A stretch of 59,553 nt of DNA from a virus (IMGVR_UViG_3300016484_001067:1-59553); one strand, 5' to 3'. Positions 8,958 to 18,049 are shown, numbered from the stretch's first letter. Made by a program: numbers and translations. Notes: generated by a model not told the origin, from the sequence alone.

Positions 8958-9623
8958 ATGACGGCTCTGGCCCTGGCCACACCGGCCCAGCTCAAGACCC
9001 GGCTGCAGGACCAGACCATCGACGACGCCACCGCCCAGCAGGCCATCGACGACGCCTCAGCCGTCGTCCGGGCGGTCGCGAAGCAGACGTTCGACTTCGT
9101 CGCCGACGACACCGTCACGCTCGCCGGCGGGCTGCGCACCCTGACCCTGCCCGAGCGGCCCATCCTGGTCGACGCCCAGCACCCGCTGACCGTCGTCGAG
9201 CTCCCGGACATCGGCGGGCTCGGTGTGACCGTCAGCGACGGGGTCCACTTCCGCCGCGTCGGGAACGTCCTGCACAAGCAGTGGCGGTCCCGGTCCATGC
9301 CCATGGTGCGGACCCGCGGCCACCTCGAGTACGCGGCGGTCCCGCCGGGCATCTGGTCGCCCTGGGTGCAGGTCACCTACTCGCACGGCTACGCGACGTC
9401 CGCTGACGTCCCGGCCGAGCTGACCGCCGTCGTCCTGGACGCCGCGGTCGTCTACGCGTCGAACCCGACCGGCCTGCGGTCGGTCGCGCTCGACGGCGAG
9501 GTGACGCTCACCTGGGCCGGGGAGAGCCTGTCCGCCCCGAAGTCCCTCGTCGACGACCTCGCGCGTCGGCTGTCCAAGCTCGGTGTCCGCCGCGGCGGAG
9601 CCTTCACCATCGCGGCCGGCTGA
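8958..9623 (+). CDS. Head-to-tail adaptor
   Basis: ALATPAQL..IDDASAVVR, VTYSHGY, NPTGLRS motifs; synteny. Confidence 0.8.
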   Translation: MTALALATPAQLKTRLQDQTIDDATAQQAIDDASAVVRAVAKQTFDFVADDTVTLAGGLRTLTLPERPILVDAQHPLTVVELPDIGGLGVTVSDGVHFRRVGNVLHKQWRSRSMPMVRTRGHLEYAAVPPGIWSPWVQVTYSHGYATSADVPAELTAVVLDAAVVYASNPTGLRSVALDGEVTLTWAGESLSAPKSLVDDLARRLSKLGVRRGGAFTIAAG

Positions 9624-9650
9624 CGCCGGACCTGAGCAAGGGAGCATCCC

Positions 9651-11099
9651 GTGTCCGACTCCGACGTCTACAGCCTCCGGAGCAGCCCCGTCATGCGGCG
9701 CCGGCCCGACGGGCAGCGCAGCGGCTCCGCGGTGGACTGGGCCGCCCTCGACCCGATCCTGGACCGCGGTGAGGTCGGCTACGACGAGACCAACGGCACC
9801 CTCAAGGTCGGCGACGGCGTCAAGCGCTGGTCGCAGCTCGCCGGCATCTCCGGCGGCGGCGGGGGAGCAGTCTCCTCGGTCGACGGCCAGACCGGCGCCG
9901 TGGACCTGTCGAGCACGTATGCACCCATCGTCTCCGACTGGACGACGGGTCGCTCCTACGTCGTCGGGCAGATGGTCCTCAACGCCGGGACGCTTTACCG
10001 GTGCACCACCGCGCACACGGCTGGCGGCGCGTTCGCCCCTGCGAACTTCGCCGCTGTCGCGACCATCGCTGGCGCCCTCGTCCCGACCGCCACGAAGACG
10101 ACCGCCTACACCGCGGCGGTCGGCGAGCTCGTCCAGGCCGACGTCACGTCGGCGGGCTTCACGGTTACCCTGCCCGCCGCGCCGGCAATTGGTGCGCTCG
10201 TCGGCGTCAAGAACGTCACGCCGTCCGTGGCGAACACGCTCACCATTGCCGCCTCGGGCGGCGGGCTGATCGACGGCGACGCGACCGCGACGACGAACGT
10301 CCCCAAGTACGGCGGCGGCGTCTTCCAGCACCTCGGATCGAACAACTGGCAGGTCGTCGGCGTCTACACGTCGCAGGGGCCGGCGGGTCCGCCCGGACTG
10401 ACGGGCGCGACCGGCGCGACCGGCCCCGCGGGCCCGGGTGTCCCGACTGGCGGCACCACCGGACAGGCGCTCGTCAAAACGTCCGGGACGGACTTCGCGA
10501 CCGCCTGGGCGACCCCCGCGGCGACCATCCCGTCTTCCGCGCACTTCGGTGTCCGGTCCGGCAACTTCATGCGCGTCCCGCAGATCGCCACCTCTCTGGC
10601 GAGCAGCGCGTTCACGGCCGGCACGCTGTACTGCGTCCCGTTCCTGCTGACCGAGGCCGTGACCGTCACGAAGCTGGGCGTCATGCTGTGGACGCTGGGG
10701 ACGACTGGCGCGCTGATCCGGCTCGGGGTCTACAACGACGCGAACGGCTACCCGGGCACGGTGGCGATCGACGCGGGCACGATGGACGCGAGCCCGACGG
10801 GTGGCGCCATCACGACCATCAAGTCGATCACTCTGGGCTCGCCCGTGGGGCTCGCGGCTGGGACGTACTGGTCGGCGTTCGTCATCCAGGGCGCCCCCTC
10901 CACCGTGCCGAACGTCATCGGCGTCGGGGGGTCCTCCTCGATCGTGTCCCTCGCCACGATCCCGGCCGGCCTCGGCGGGTACACCGCGACGGGTGCAGGG
11001 TCCGGCGCCCTCCCGGCCACGTACCCGGCTGGCGCGGGCACCATCCGGGACATGACGAACGCCGCGAACCCCGTGCCCGCCGTTCTGATCGGAGCCTGA
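9651..11099 (+). CDS. Fibre / receptor-binding-like protein (Mtd/hyaluronidase-like N-terminus, CBM5/12-like module, short collagen repeat)
   Basis: WAALDPILDRGEVGYDETNGTLKVGDG; WTTGRSYVVGQMVLNAGTLYRCTTAHT; GPAGPPGLTGATGATGPAGPG. Confidence 0.75.
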   Translation: MSDSDVYSLRSSPVMRRRPDGQRSGSAVDWAALDPILDRGEVGYDETNGTLKVGDGVKRWSQLAGISGGGGGAVSSVDGQTGAVDLSSTYAPIVSDWTTGRSYVVGQMVLNAGTLYRCTTAHTAGGAFAPANFAAVATIAGALVPTATKTTAYTAAVGELVQADVTSAGFTVTLPAAPAIGALVGVKNVTPSVANTLTIAASGGGLIDGDATATTNVPKYGGGVFQHLGSNNWQVVGVYTSQGPAGPPGLTGATGATGPAGPGVPTGGTTGQALVKTSGTDFATAWATPAATIPSSAHFGVRSGNFMRVPQIATSLASSAFTAGTLYCVPFLLTEAVTVTKLGVMLWTLGTTGALIRLGVYNDANGYPGTVAIDAGTMDASPTGGAITTIKSITLGSPVGLAAGTYWSAFVIQGAPSTVPNVIGVGGSSSIVSLATIPAGLGGYTATGAGSGALPATYPAGAGTIRDMTNAANPVPAVLIGA

Positions 11100-11102
11100 C
11101 CG

Positions 11103-12536
11103 ATGCCAGTCCTCGGCCAAGGGACGAACCTGCCGAACTCTCCCGGCTACCTTCAGGTCCCGACGTGGAACGGCTCCGCGTGGGTGCCTCGGCAGGCGTC
11201 GGGCATCAAGAACTCGACGACCCCGGAAGCGTTCGGCGCGCTCGGGAACACCCCGGCCAACGACGACGCCCCGGCGATCGAGGCCGCCATCGCGGCGATG
11301 GTGGCGGCGTGCATCGCGGACGGCTCCTACGTCTGCGAAGTCGTCTTCGACGCCGGGAAGAACTACTACGCGAACCGCGCGCCCCGCTACAACCCGACGA
11401 TCAACGGGGCAGCGTCATACGCAAACGCGCAGATCGCACTGCCGCACGTGCCGTGGGACTGGCGCGTCCCCGGCGCCCCCAAGGTCCCATCCGGGACCTA
11501 CACCGGAGCAACCCCGCTCGTCACACTGATCCTGCGCTCGCAGGCGTCGCAGCAGGCGTCGAACACCTCGTTCAACCAGCAGCCCTGCTCGATCATCACG
11601 ACCCCGACGACGGGTGCGAGCAACGCCACCGACGGAAATGGTGTGCCTTCGGTCATCGGCGGCCCGGCCATGTACAACACCAACACGACCCCGCCAACGC
11701 AATGGTCCGGGATCAACCTCATCGTCGACGGCCTGAACGTCGTCAGTTCCGCCAACCCGCGGTTCTGCGGCCTCGACCTGACCGGCATCAACACCTGCGA
11801 GCTGTGGTCGCTGCACGTCACCGTGCCGACGCAGGGCTACGCCGCGCCGACCGCCTGCACTAACAAGATGGCGTTCGGGGTGCGCCTGCCCGCCAACCAG
11901 AACGGCGGGAAGATCCGCATCGGCACTCTCGGCGTCTATGGCTACTACTCGGGTATCGCCATGTCCGAGCACGTCATCGCGGACAACGTGATGCTCTACT
12001 GGAACCAGGTGGCGATCTGCTACGACCAGCCGGGCTCGCACGAGTCGTGGTTCAGCCAGCTCCAGACCTCCGGCAACGCCAACCTGATCGCGTTCGTTGA
12101 CCGCAACACTGGGGTCGGGCAGGTGCCGGGCGTCGAGATGCCGTTCGCGGTCGGCATGTGGGGCATGGAGGACATGTCCTCGAAGATCTGGGACCTGAAC
12201 AACCAGCTCAAGATCGAGGCGACCATCTACAACGTCCCCATCGGCGGGGCGACCAACCTGATCCCTCCGATGGACGGCGGCGCTAACGTCCGCCTGACGC
12301 AGCTCCGGCAGTCCCGCGGGTCGGTGACGGCTCCGTCGGTGCCCGCTACGACGGTCGCCTACAAGAACGCTTTCGGCCGCGACGCGTGGGTGACGGTCAC
12401 GGGCGGCACGGTCACCGGCATCGCGATCGACGGCGTGTCGACAGGCCTGACGTCCGGGCAGTTCGTCGTCCCGAACAACCGGACGATCACGCTGACGTAC
12501 TCGTCGGCTCCGACCTGGGCGTGGTGGCTGTTCTGA
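11103..12536 (+). CDS. Pectate-lyase-like beta-helix tailspike / polysaccharide depolymerase
   Basis: TTPEAFGALGNTPANDDAPAIEAAI matches the typical beta-helix cap motif; Asn/Gly/Thr-rich body. Confidence 0.7.
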   Translation: MPVLGQGTNLPNSPGYLQVPTWNGSAWVPRQASGIKNSTTPEAFGALGNTPANDDAPAIEAAIAAMVAACIADGSYVCEVVFDAGKNYYANRAPRYNPTINGAASYANAQIALPHVPWDWRVPGAPKVPSGTYTGATPLVTLILRSQASQQASNTSFNQQPCSIITTPTTGASNATDGNGVPSVIGGPAMYNTNTTPPTQWSGINLIVDGLNVVSSANPRFCGLDLTGINTCELWSLHVTVPTQGYAAPTACTNKMAFGVRLPANQNGGKIRIGTLGVYGYYSGIAMSEHVIADNVMLYWNQVAICYDQPGSHESWFSQLQTSGNANLIAFVDRNTGVGQVPGVEMPFAVGMWGMEDMSSKIWDLNNQLKIEATIYNVPIGGATNLIPPMDGGANVRLTQLRQSRGSVTAPSVPATTVAYKNAFGRDAWVTVTGGTVTGIAIDGVSTGLTSGQFVVPNNRTITLTYSSAPTWAWWLF

Positions 12537-13521
12537 CCCTGCGGCGGCCAGCCAGCCGGCGGGCGACCGCCTCACGGATCGGCTCCTCCACCCAGCGGTG
12601 AGACGCCCAGGCCAAGGCCAGGACGACAGCGAGCTTCGCCGCCGTCTGCACGGACCGCGGCCCGGCCAGCACCACGCCCTGCGCGATCGGGAAGTGGTAC
12701 AGGTACACGCCGTAGGAGATCACCCCGATCTGCGGCAGCGGCCACCAGGCGAGGCCTCGCAGCCCGCCGCCGGCGACGACGGCGATCGTTCCGGCGCTCG
12801 CCGTCACTGTCGCCACGGTCAGTGCAACCGTCCGGGCCGGCCACCCACCAGCCAGCACGCCGAGGGCCGCGGCGGCGGTGCATCCTGCACCGAGCAGCGT
12901 CCAGCCAGTCAGCGCCTGCCGCCGTACTCCTGGCAGGACGCAGGCGAGCAGACATCCGGCGAGAAGTTCCCACATCCGGGCATGCGGCGCGTTGTACGTG
13001 GGCTCGTCAAGCGGCCCGAACGGCGGCGCGAGCCAGCACACGACAGCCAGTGACCCGCCGCCGAGAAGCCCAGCAGCAGTCGCGACCCGGGTGCGGGTGC
13101 GGGCGGCGATGACGACGAGCGGCCACAGCACGTAGAAGTGCTCCTCGATCGCCAGAGACCACGTGTGGCCAAGCGGGCCGAGGTCCCCGCCCTGCCAGCG
13201 GACCACGTCGGACAAGTACGCCAGTGCGACAGCACCATCCGTCAGGGTCGACCCCGCCACCACCACGGCAAGGACGACGGCGGCGAGCAGTGCCGGGTAC
13301 AGGCGGGCAGCCCGGCGGACGTAGAACGCTCTGAGCCGGACACGCCCTGCACCCTCGCGCTCGGCGAGGAGCAGCCCGGTGATCAGATACCCCGACAGGA
13401 CGAAGAACACGTCGACGCCGACCCAGCCGACCGGTAGCCGGTCCGGCATCGTGTGGAAGGCGAAGACGGCCAGGACGGCGACGGCGCGGATGCCGTCGAG
13501 CTCGTGGACGCGGTGACGCAT
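12487..13521 (-). CDS. Acyltransferase family 3 (OafA/YrhL-like) membrane O-acetyltransferase
   Basis: ELDGIRAVAVLAVFAFH, GVDVFFVLSGYLIT, FYVRRAARLYP, HTWSLAIEEHFY, ISYGVYLYHFP motifs; many TM segments. Confidence 0.95.
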   Translation of the reverse strand: MRHRVHELDGIRAVAVLAVFAFHTMPDRLPVGWVGVDVFFVLSGYLITGLLLAEREGAGRVRLRAFYVRRAARLYPALLAAVVLAVVVAGSTLTDGAVALAYLSDVVRWQGGDLGPLGHTWSLAIEEHFYVLWPLVVIAARTRTRVATAAGLLGGGSLAVVCWLAPPFGPLDEPTYNAPHARMWELLAGCLLACVLPGVRRQALTGWTLLGAGCTAAAALGVLAGGWPARTVALTVATVTASAGTIAVVAGGGLRGLAWWPLPQIGVISYGVYLYHFPIAQGVVLAGPRSVQTAAKLAVVLALAWASHRWVEEPIREAVARRLAGRRRVRTATTPRSEPTSTSA

Positions 13522-13582
13522 CCGCCGGACGCTACCGATCACCCGCCAGAGACACGCCGGGCATCGTCTGTTCCGCCGACCT

Positions 13583-13711
13583 TCAGAACCCCACCGCCCA
13601 CTCGGCGGCGCACGCTTCTGAGCAGGTCGCGCCGCGCCGCTCGACGAGGCGCCGGCACATCGGGCAGCGGGGCAGCAGCAGGCGGGCGACGACGGCTCGC
13701 AGGCGAGTCAC
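13583..13711 (-). CDS. Small Zn-ribbon protein (CPMC..TCSEAC)
   Basis: 42 aa from GTG at 13711 with four Cys; lies upstream of the acyltransferase. Confidence 0.4.
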   Translation of the reverse strand: MTRLRAVVARLLLPRCPMCRRLVERRGATCSEACAAEWAVGF

Positions 13712-13868
13712 GCCCGGCACGCTATCCCGCCCATATCGACGGCTACGACGGCTACGAGGGAACCGGAGAACTGCCCGGCGCGTCACCCAGGTGACAGAGA
13801 CGGGCCCGGACGGCGCTGGAACGCCGACCGGGCCCTGGCCGAACACCAGAGTCAGCTGGAGCCCGACC

Positions 13869-14792
13869 GTGAACGACGCTACCCGTCTGCCCGCCCTGCC
13901 CACGACCGACCCGCTCGCCGACCCGGCCAACCTCGCGGCCGTCGCCTTCCTCGGGCAGTACCTGAACCCCAACACCCGGGCCGCCTACGCCACCGACCTG
14001 CGGATCTTCTTCGAGTGGTGCGCCCGCCTCGGCATCCACCCGCTCGCCGTCCAGCGGGCCCACCTCCAAGCGTTCGTCGTGCACCTGCTCGAGCAGCGGC
14101 ACAACTCGCCGGCCAGCGTCGTCCGCCGCATCGGCACCCTGTCCGGCTACTACGACCTCACCGTCGTCGACGGCGTCCTGGAGCACTCCCCGGCGCACCA
14201 CCTCAAGCTGCCCGCCATCCACGAGGACCCCGCCAAGCGGACCTGGCTCACCCGGTTCGAGCTCGGCGCCATGATGCGCGAGGCCCGACTGGCCGGCCCC
14301 ACCGACTGGGCGCTCGTCTGCCTGCTCGGCACCCTCGGCATGCGCGTCTCCGCCGCCTGCGCCGTCCGCCTCGAGGACATCTCCACCACCGACATCGGGT
14401 ACAAGGTCATCCACACCATCGGCAAGGGCGGCAAGCCCTCCGTGAAGGCCCTCCCGATCCCGGTCATGCAGGCCGTGGACGCCGCCGCCGGCGACCGCAC
14501 CAACGGCCCCCTGCTGCTGCGCCGCGACGGCACCCAGATGACCCGCCGCTCCGCCGACCGGATCGTCCAGCGGCTCGCCAAGGCCGCCGGCATCCGCAAG
14601 AAGATCAGCCCCCACTCGCTGCGCCGGTCCTTCGCCACCCTCGCCCTGCAGGCCGGCGTCGACATCCGCGTCGTCCAGGCCGGCATGGACCACGCCAACA
14701 CCCGCACCACGCTGCACTACGACCGGCTTGGCGTCGAAGTCCACGCCCAGGCCTCGCACACCGTCGCAGCGCTCCTCGCCTCCGCCAGCTGA
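13869..14792 (+). CDS. Tyrosine recombinase (XerC/D-like)
   Basis: Core-binding domain plus complete catalytic set GMRVS, GKGGK, HSLRR, DHA..TTLHY; alternative start 13791. Confidence 0.93.
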   Translation: MNDATRLPALPTTDPLADPANLAAVAFLGQYLNPNTRAAYATDLRIFFEWCARLGIHPLAVQRAHLQAFVVHLLEQRHNSPASVVRRIGTLSGYYDLTVVDGVLEHSPAHHLKLPAIHEDPAKRTWLTRFELGAMMREARLAGPTDWALVCLLGTLGMRVSAACAVRLEDISTTDIGYKVIHTIGKGGKPSVKALPIPVMQAVDAAAGDRTNGPLLLRRDGTQMTRRSADRIVQRLAKAAGIRKKISPHSLRRSFATLALQAGVDIRVVQAGMDHANTRTTLHYDRLGVEVHAQASHTVAALLASAS

Positions 14793-14808
14793 CCTCCAGG
14801 GAGTGCCC

Positions 14809-15207
14809 GTGACGATCCGCTCGGCGCTCGTCACCGGCCAAGGCCTGGCGCTCCAGCTGATGGTGGACGCCTGCACCATCTCGCGGACCACCGGTGCCGG
14901 CGTCCAGGACGAGACGACCGGCCGGGTCACCCCGACCACCACCCAGCTGTACGCCGGGCAGTGCCAGATCCGGGTCCCGCAGGCGGTCGCCGAGACCCCC
15001 GAGGTCGGGGACCGGACCGCGACCCTGCAGCGGCTGATCGTCAAGGTGCCGCTCACGGTCGAGGACGTCCGGATCGGAGACGTCGTGGCCGTCACCGCGG
15101 CCGCGAACGACCCCGAGCTCGTCGGCCGCCAGTTCGTCGTCTCCGCGCTGCACCACAAGACCTACCCGACGGCCCGAAAGCTCGCCGCCGAAGAGATCAC
15201 CGCCTGA
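14809..15207 (+). CDS. Head-to-tail stopper (DUF6093-like)
   Basis: MVDACTISR..DETTG..LYAGQCQI motif; AGGGAG RBS. Confidence 0.8.
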   Translation: MTIRSALVTGQGLALQLMVDACTISRTTGAGVQDETTGRVTPTTTQLYAGQCQIRVPQAVAETPEVGDRTATLQRLIVKVPLTVEDVRIGDVVAVTAAANDPELVGRQFVVSALHHKTYPTARKLAAEEITA

Positions 15208-15226
15208 CGGCAGGGGAGGGGACGAC

Positions 15227-15619
15227 ATGGCCGGCAGTGGCGCCTCCGTGGACATCAGCGACCTCACCCGCCTCGTCGCCGACCTCGGTCGGGCCGGTCG
15301 TCAGGCCGTCAAGCCGGCCCGTGAGCTGCTCACCAAGGTCGCCGACGAGGTCCGCGACGACCTGCGGCAGCAGGCCCGCGGCCACGCGACGTTCCCCCAC
15401 TTCCCGCGGTCCATCACCGTCGACGTCCGCGGCCTGGACGCCGAGATCGGCCCCGACAAGCAGCGCCGCCAGGGCGCCCTCGGCAACGTCCTGTACTTCG
15501 GGACCTCCCGCACCGCACCGGTGCTGGAGCACCCGGGGCAGGCCCTCGACCGCGCTGTCCCTGGGATCGCCGCCCGTCTCGCCCAGGTCGGCGAGGACGC
15601 GATCGGCTCCGGCCAGTGA
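15227..15619 (+). CDS. Neck / tail completion protein (HK97 gp10-like)
   Basis: AEIGPDK..QGALGNVLYFGTS motif; synteny. Confidence 0.7.
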   Translation: MAGSGASVDISDLTRLVADLGRAGRQAVKPARELLTKVADEVRDDLRQQARGHATFPHFPRSITVDVRGLDAEIGPDKQRRQGALGNVLYFGTSRTAPVLEHPGQALDRAVPGIAARLAQVGEDAIGSGQ

Positions 15620-16053
15620 TCCGCGCCCACGTCGCCGGCGTCCTCGCGCTCGTCACGCCGCTCGCGGCCGCCCCGACCAGCATGCCGGTCTACTCCTCGG
15701 CCCTCGACGGCGCCGAGCAGCCGCCGCTGACCGGCCACCCCGACAGCCGCTGGGTCGTCGTCGACTTCGACGGCCTCCCGCAGGACAACGACCGCCTCGC
15801 CGGCTGGTCCGCGAACATCACCGGCCTGGTCTACGTCCGGCACTTCGGGCAGACGTTCGCCGAGGTCGGCTGGGCGCAGGAGAAGACCCGCTCAGCCCTG
15901 CTCGACGTCCGGCCCGTCATCGCAGGCCGCTCAGTACAGCCGCTGCGCATGTACTCCGCTCAGAGGCCCAGCCCGGACCGCGACGAGCCCACCCCGCTGT
16001 TCGCGGCCGTCGACGTCTACCAGCTCTTCACCGCGCCCGCCGTCGGCGCCTGA
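15616..16053 (+). CDS. Tail terminator
   Basis: Synteny before the major tail protein; GTGA coupling; size. Confidence 0.65.
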   Translation: MIRAHVAGVLALVTPLAAAPTSMPVYSSALDGAEQPPLTGHPDSRWVVVDFDGLPQDNDRLAGWSANITGLVYVRHFGQTFAEVGWAQEKTRSALLDVRPVIAGRSVQPLRMYSAQRPSPDRDEPTPLFAAVDVYQLFTAPAVGA

Positions 16054-16106
16054 GCAGCCGCCGCGCCGTCCGGCGCGCGCACCGCCACCACTTCCAGGGA
16101 GCAGTC

Positions 16107-16412
16107 ATGCCCGAGCCCGCGTGGGTCCGTGTCCGCAAGCCCGGTGTCGGGACCTGGTCCCAGCGCGAGGACGCCCCGCTCGTCGAGGGCGCCGTGCTCG
16201 TCGACGAGCACGCCCTCGACCCGGCCGGCCGTGTCGTCCCGGACGTCCCCGAGCAGCCGGACGCCGCACTCGAGGCAGCCACCACGACGTCCAGCGGCGA
16301 CGAGCAGCCCGAGCGCGACGGCGAGGAGGGCGGCGAGCAGGGCGCCCCGGACGGCACCACCGAGAGCCCCGACGCCGGCACCGCCGAGGCCACGGAGACC
16401 CGCCGCCGCTGA
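16107..16412 (+). CDS. Hypothetical acidic tail-region protein
   Basis: AGGGAG RBS before ATG 16107; C-terminal part of ORF 14961..16412. Confidence 0.6.
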   Translation: MPEPAWVRVRKPGVGTWSQREDAPLVEGAVLVDEHALDPAGRVVPDVPEQPDAALEAATTTSSGDEQPERDGEEGGEQGAPDGTTESPDAGTAEATETRRR

Positions 16413-16482
16413 GCGGCCACACACCAGGGGACACCCAGGCCGGGACGCACCGGCACGACCACCCAGCAAGGAGTAGCGAGCC

Positions 16483-16974
16483 ATGGCACGTCCCGCAGCC
16501 GTCGCAGCCGACGGCAACATCCGCGTCGCGTTCTGCACGACGCTCACCCCGGCCGCGCCGACGGCCGCCCAGTGCAACGCCGGCATCGACCTGTCGTTCT
16601 ACCTGACCCCGGACGGCCTGCGCCCGGCGTTCGACGAGGCGAAGATCACCGACGACCGGCTGGCCGACACCCAGACGTTCGAGCAGCGGGGCCGCGTCAC
16701 CAAGAGCCTCGACAAGCTCCGGTACGTCTACAACCCGAACTCCTCGCCGGACAACCTGGCCTACTCCGGCCTGCCCAAGGGCACCGCCGGCTACCTCGTC
16801 GTCCGGTACGGCGTCGACGCCAACACCGCGTTCGCCGCCGGCCAGAAAGTCGACGTCTGGCCGATCACGGTGGGGGAGCGGCTCAAGGAGCCGCCAGAGG
16901 CCAACTCGGTCTTCCACGTCAGCCAGAGCGCGTTCGTCACGAACACGGTCGGCGAGGACGTGTCCGTCGTCTGA
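16483..16974 (+). CDS. Major tail (tube) protein
   Basis: ADGNIRVAF..GIDLSFYLT..ITDDRL..GYLVVRYG..KVDVWPITVG typical of actinophage tail tube; AAGGAG RBS. Confidence 0.85.
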   Translation: MARPAAVAADGNIRVAFCTTLTPAAPTAAQCNAGIDLSFYLTPDGLRPAFDEAKITDDRLADTQTFEQRGRVTKSLDKLRYVYNPNSSPDNLAYSGLPKGTAGYLVVRYGVDANTAFAAGQKVDVWPITVGERLKEPPEANSVFHVSQSAFVTNTVGEDVSVV

Positions 16975-17063
16975 CGGACCCCAGCCCCGGCGCGGCGTCC
17001 GTTCCCCTGGCGGGCGCCGCGCCGGCTCCACAACACCAGGGGACGATCCAGGGGAGCAGCAGC

Positions 17064-17630
17064 ATGTCCGACACCACCAGCGCCACCAGCGAGACCACGT
17101 TCGACGTCGACGCGTGGCTCGACCAGGCGGCGCCGCCGCAGCGGTCCGTCACCGTCTACGGCCGCGCCGACCTCGTCGCCGAGCTCGAGGACCTGGCCGC
17201 GCAGCGCGCCGACCTCGCCCGGGTCGCCGAGCAGCCCAAGCCCGCGGCCGGCCCGGTCGACTACCGCCTCGGCGGCGCGGTCGACGTCACCGACGAGGAC
17301 CTCGAGCTGTCCATGCTCGACGCCCAGATCGGTGAGCTCCGCGCGACCGTCGACCGGTCGCGGCTCGTCCTGCACGTCCGCGGCCTGCTGAACACCGAGC
17401 GGGACGAGCTCATCGCCAAGCACGGTGGCAAGGACGACATTGACCGGCTCGACGCCCGCGCCTACGAGCACTCCGTGGTGTCCCGCGCGATGGTCGCGCC
17501 GACCATGACGCCGGAGCAGGTCGCCCGCCTCCACGAGGTCATCGGCGAGGCCCAGTGGGTCACCATCGGGCAGGCCCTCGAGCGCGCCTCGTCGGAGCGC
17601 GTCGACGTCCCTTTGTCGCGGCTCGGCTAG
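17064..17630 (+). CDS. Tail assembly chaperone (gpG-like)
   Basis: Between tail tube and tape measure; ends just after a slippery heptamer. Confidence 0.8.
   Translation: MSDTTSATSETTFDVDAWLDQAAPPQRSVTVYGRADLVAELEDLAAQRADLARVAEQPKPAAGPVDYRLGGAVDVTDEDLELSMLDAQIGELRATVDRSRLVLHVRGLLNTERDELIAKHGGKDDIDRLDARAYEHSVVSRAMVAPTMTPEQVARLHEVIGEAQWVTIGQALERASSERVDVPLSRLG
17609..17615 (+). other. -1 programmed frameshift site C CCT TTG
   Basis: X XXY YYZ heptamer in frame with the TAC; the -1 frame stays open to 18031. Confidence 0.8.
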
Positions 17631-18031
17631 GAGAGCACCCCGACCTCCTGGTCGAGCTCCGCACTGCCCGGGCCTGGGGGCAGCCGCTGTCCGTGCTACG
17701 CGGAGAGCGGCTGCCTGGCACCCGGTGGACCGAGCACGACACCAGCACCGCGCTCGCCCTGACCCTCTACGAGGCTGGGCTGTGCTCCGGCTGCGGTCAC
17801 CCGCTCGCTGAGACGACGTCGCCGCTGGCGGACCCGAATCACCCCGATCGGACGCATCACTACACGGCGCCGCCGCCGACGCGCTGCCATGCCTGCACTG
17901 CGGTGGGGCTGCGGACGCCGCAGTACGACGAGGCGCCCCAGCCGGACGCCCTGCGCTTCCACGCCGTCCGCGTGGACGACAGCGACGACCCGGCTGACGA
18001 CGAGCACCCGCTTGCGCATCACGACCCTTGA
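17612..18031 (+). CDS. Tail assembly chaperone frameshift extension (gpGT-like, Zn-binding)
   Basis: -1 frame relative to TAC; CSGCGHP and CHAC motifs. Confidence 0.75.
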   Translation, partial: FVAARLGEHPDLLVELRTARAWGQPLSVLRGERLPGTRWTEHDTSTALALTLYEAGLCSGCGHPLAETTSPLADPNHPDRTHHYTAPPPTRCHACTAVGLRTPQYDEAPQPDALRFHAVRVDDSDDPADDEHPLAHHDP

Positions 18032-18049
18032 CGACCCCGGAGGTGAGCG

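Noticed and set aside
9651-12536. Diversity-generating retroelement suggested by the Mtd-like N-terminus
   Set aside because: No reverse transcriptase and no template/variable repeat pair seen
9624-14808. Shufflon or invertible fibre segment
   Set aside because: No inverted recombination sites or silent alternative C-termini found by eye; left open for computation
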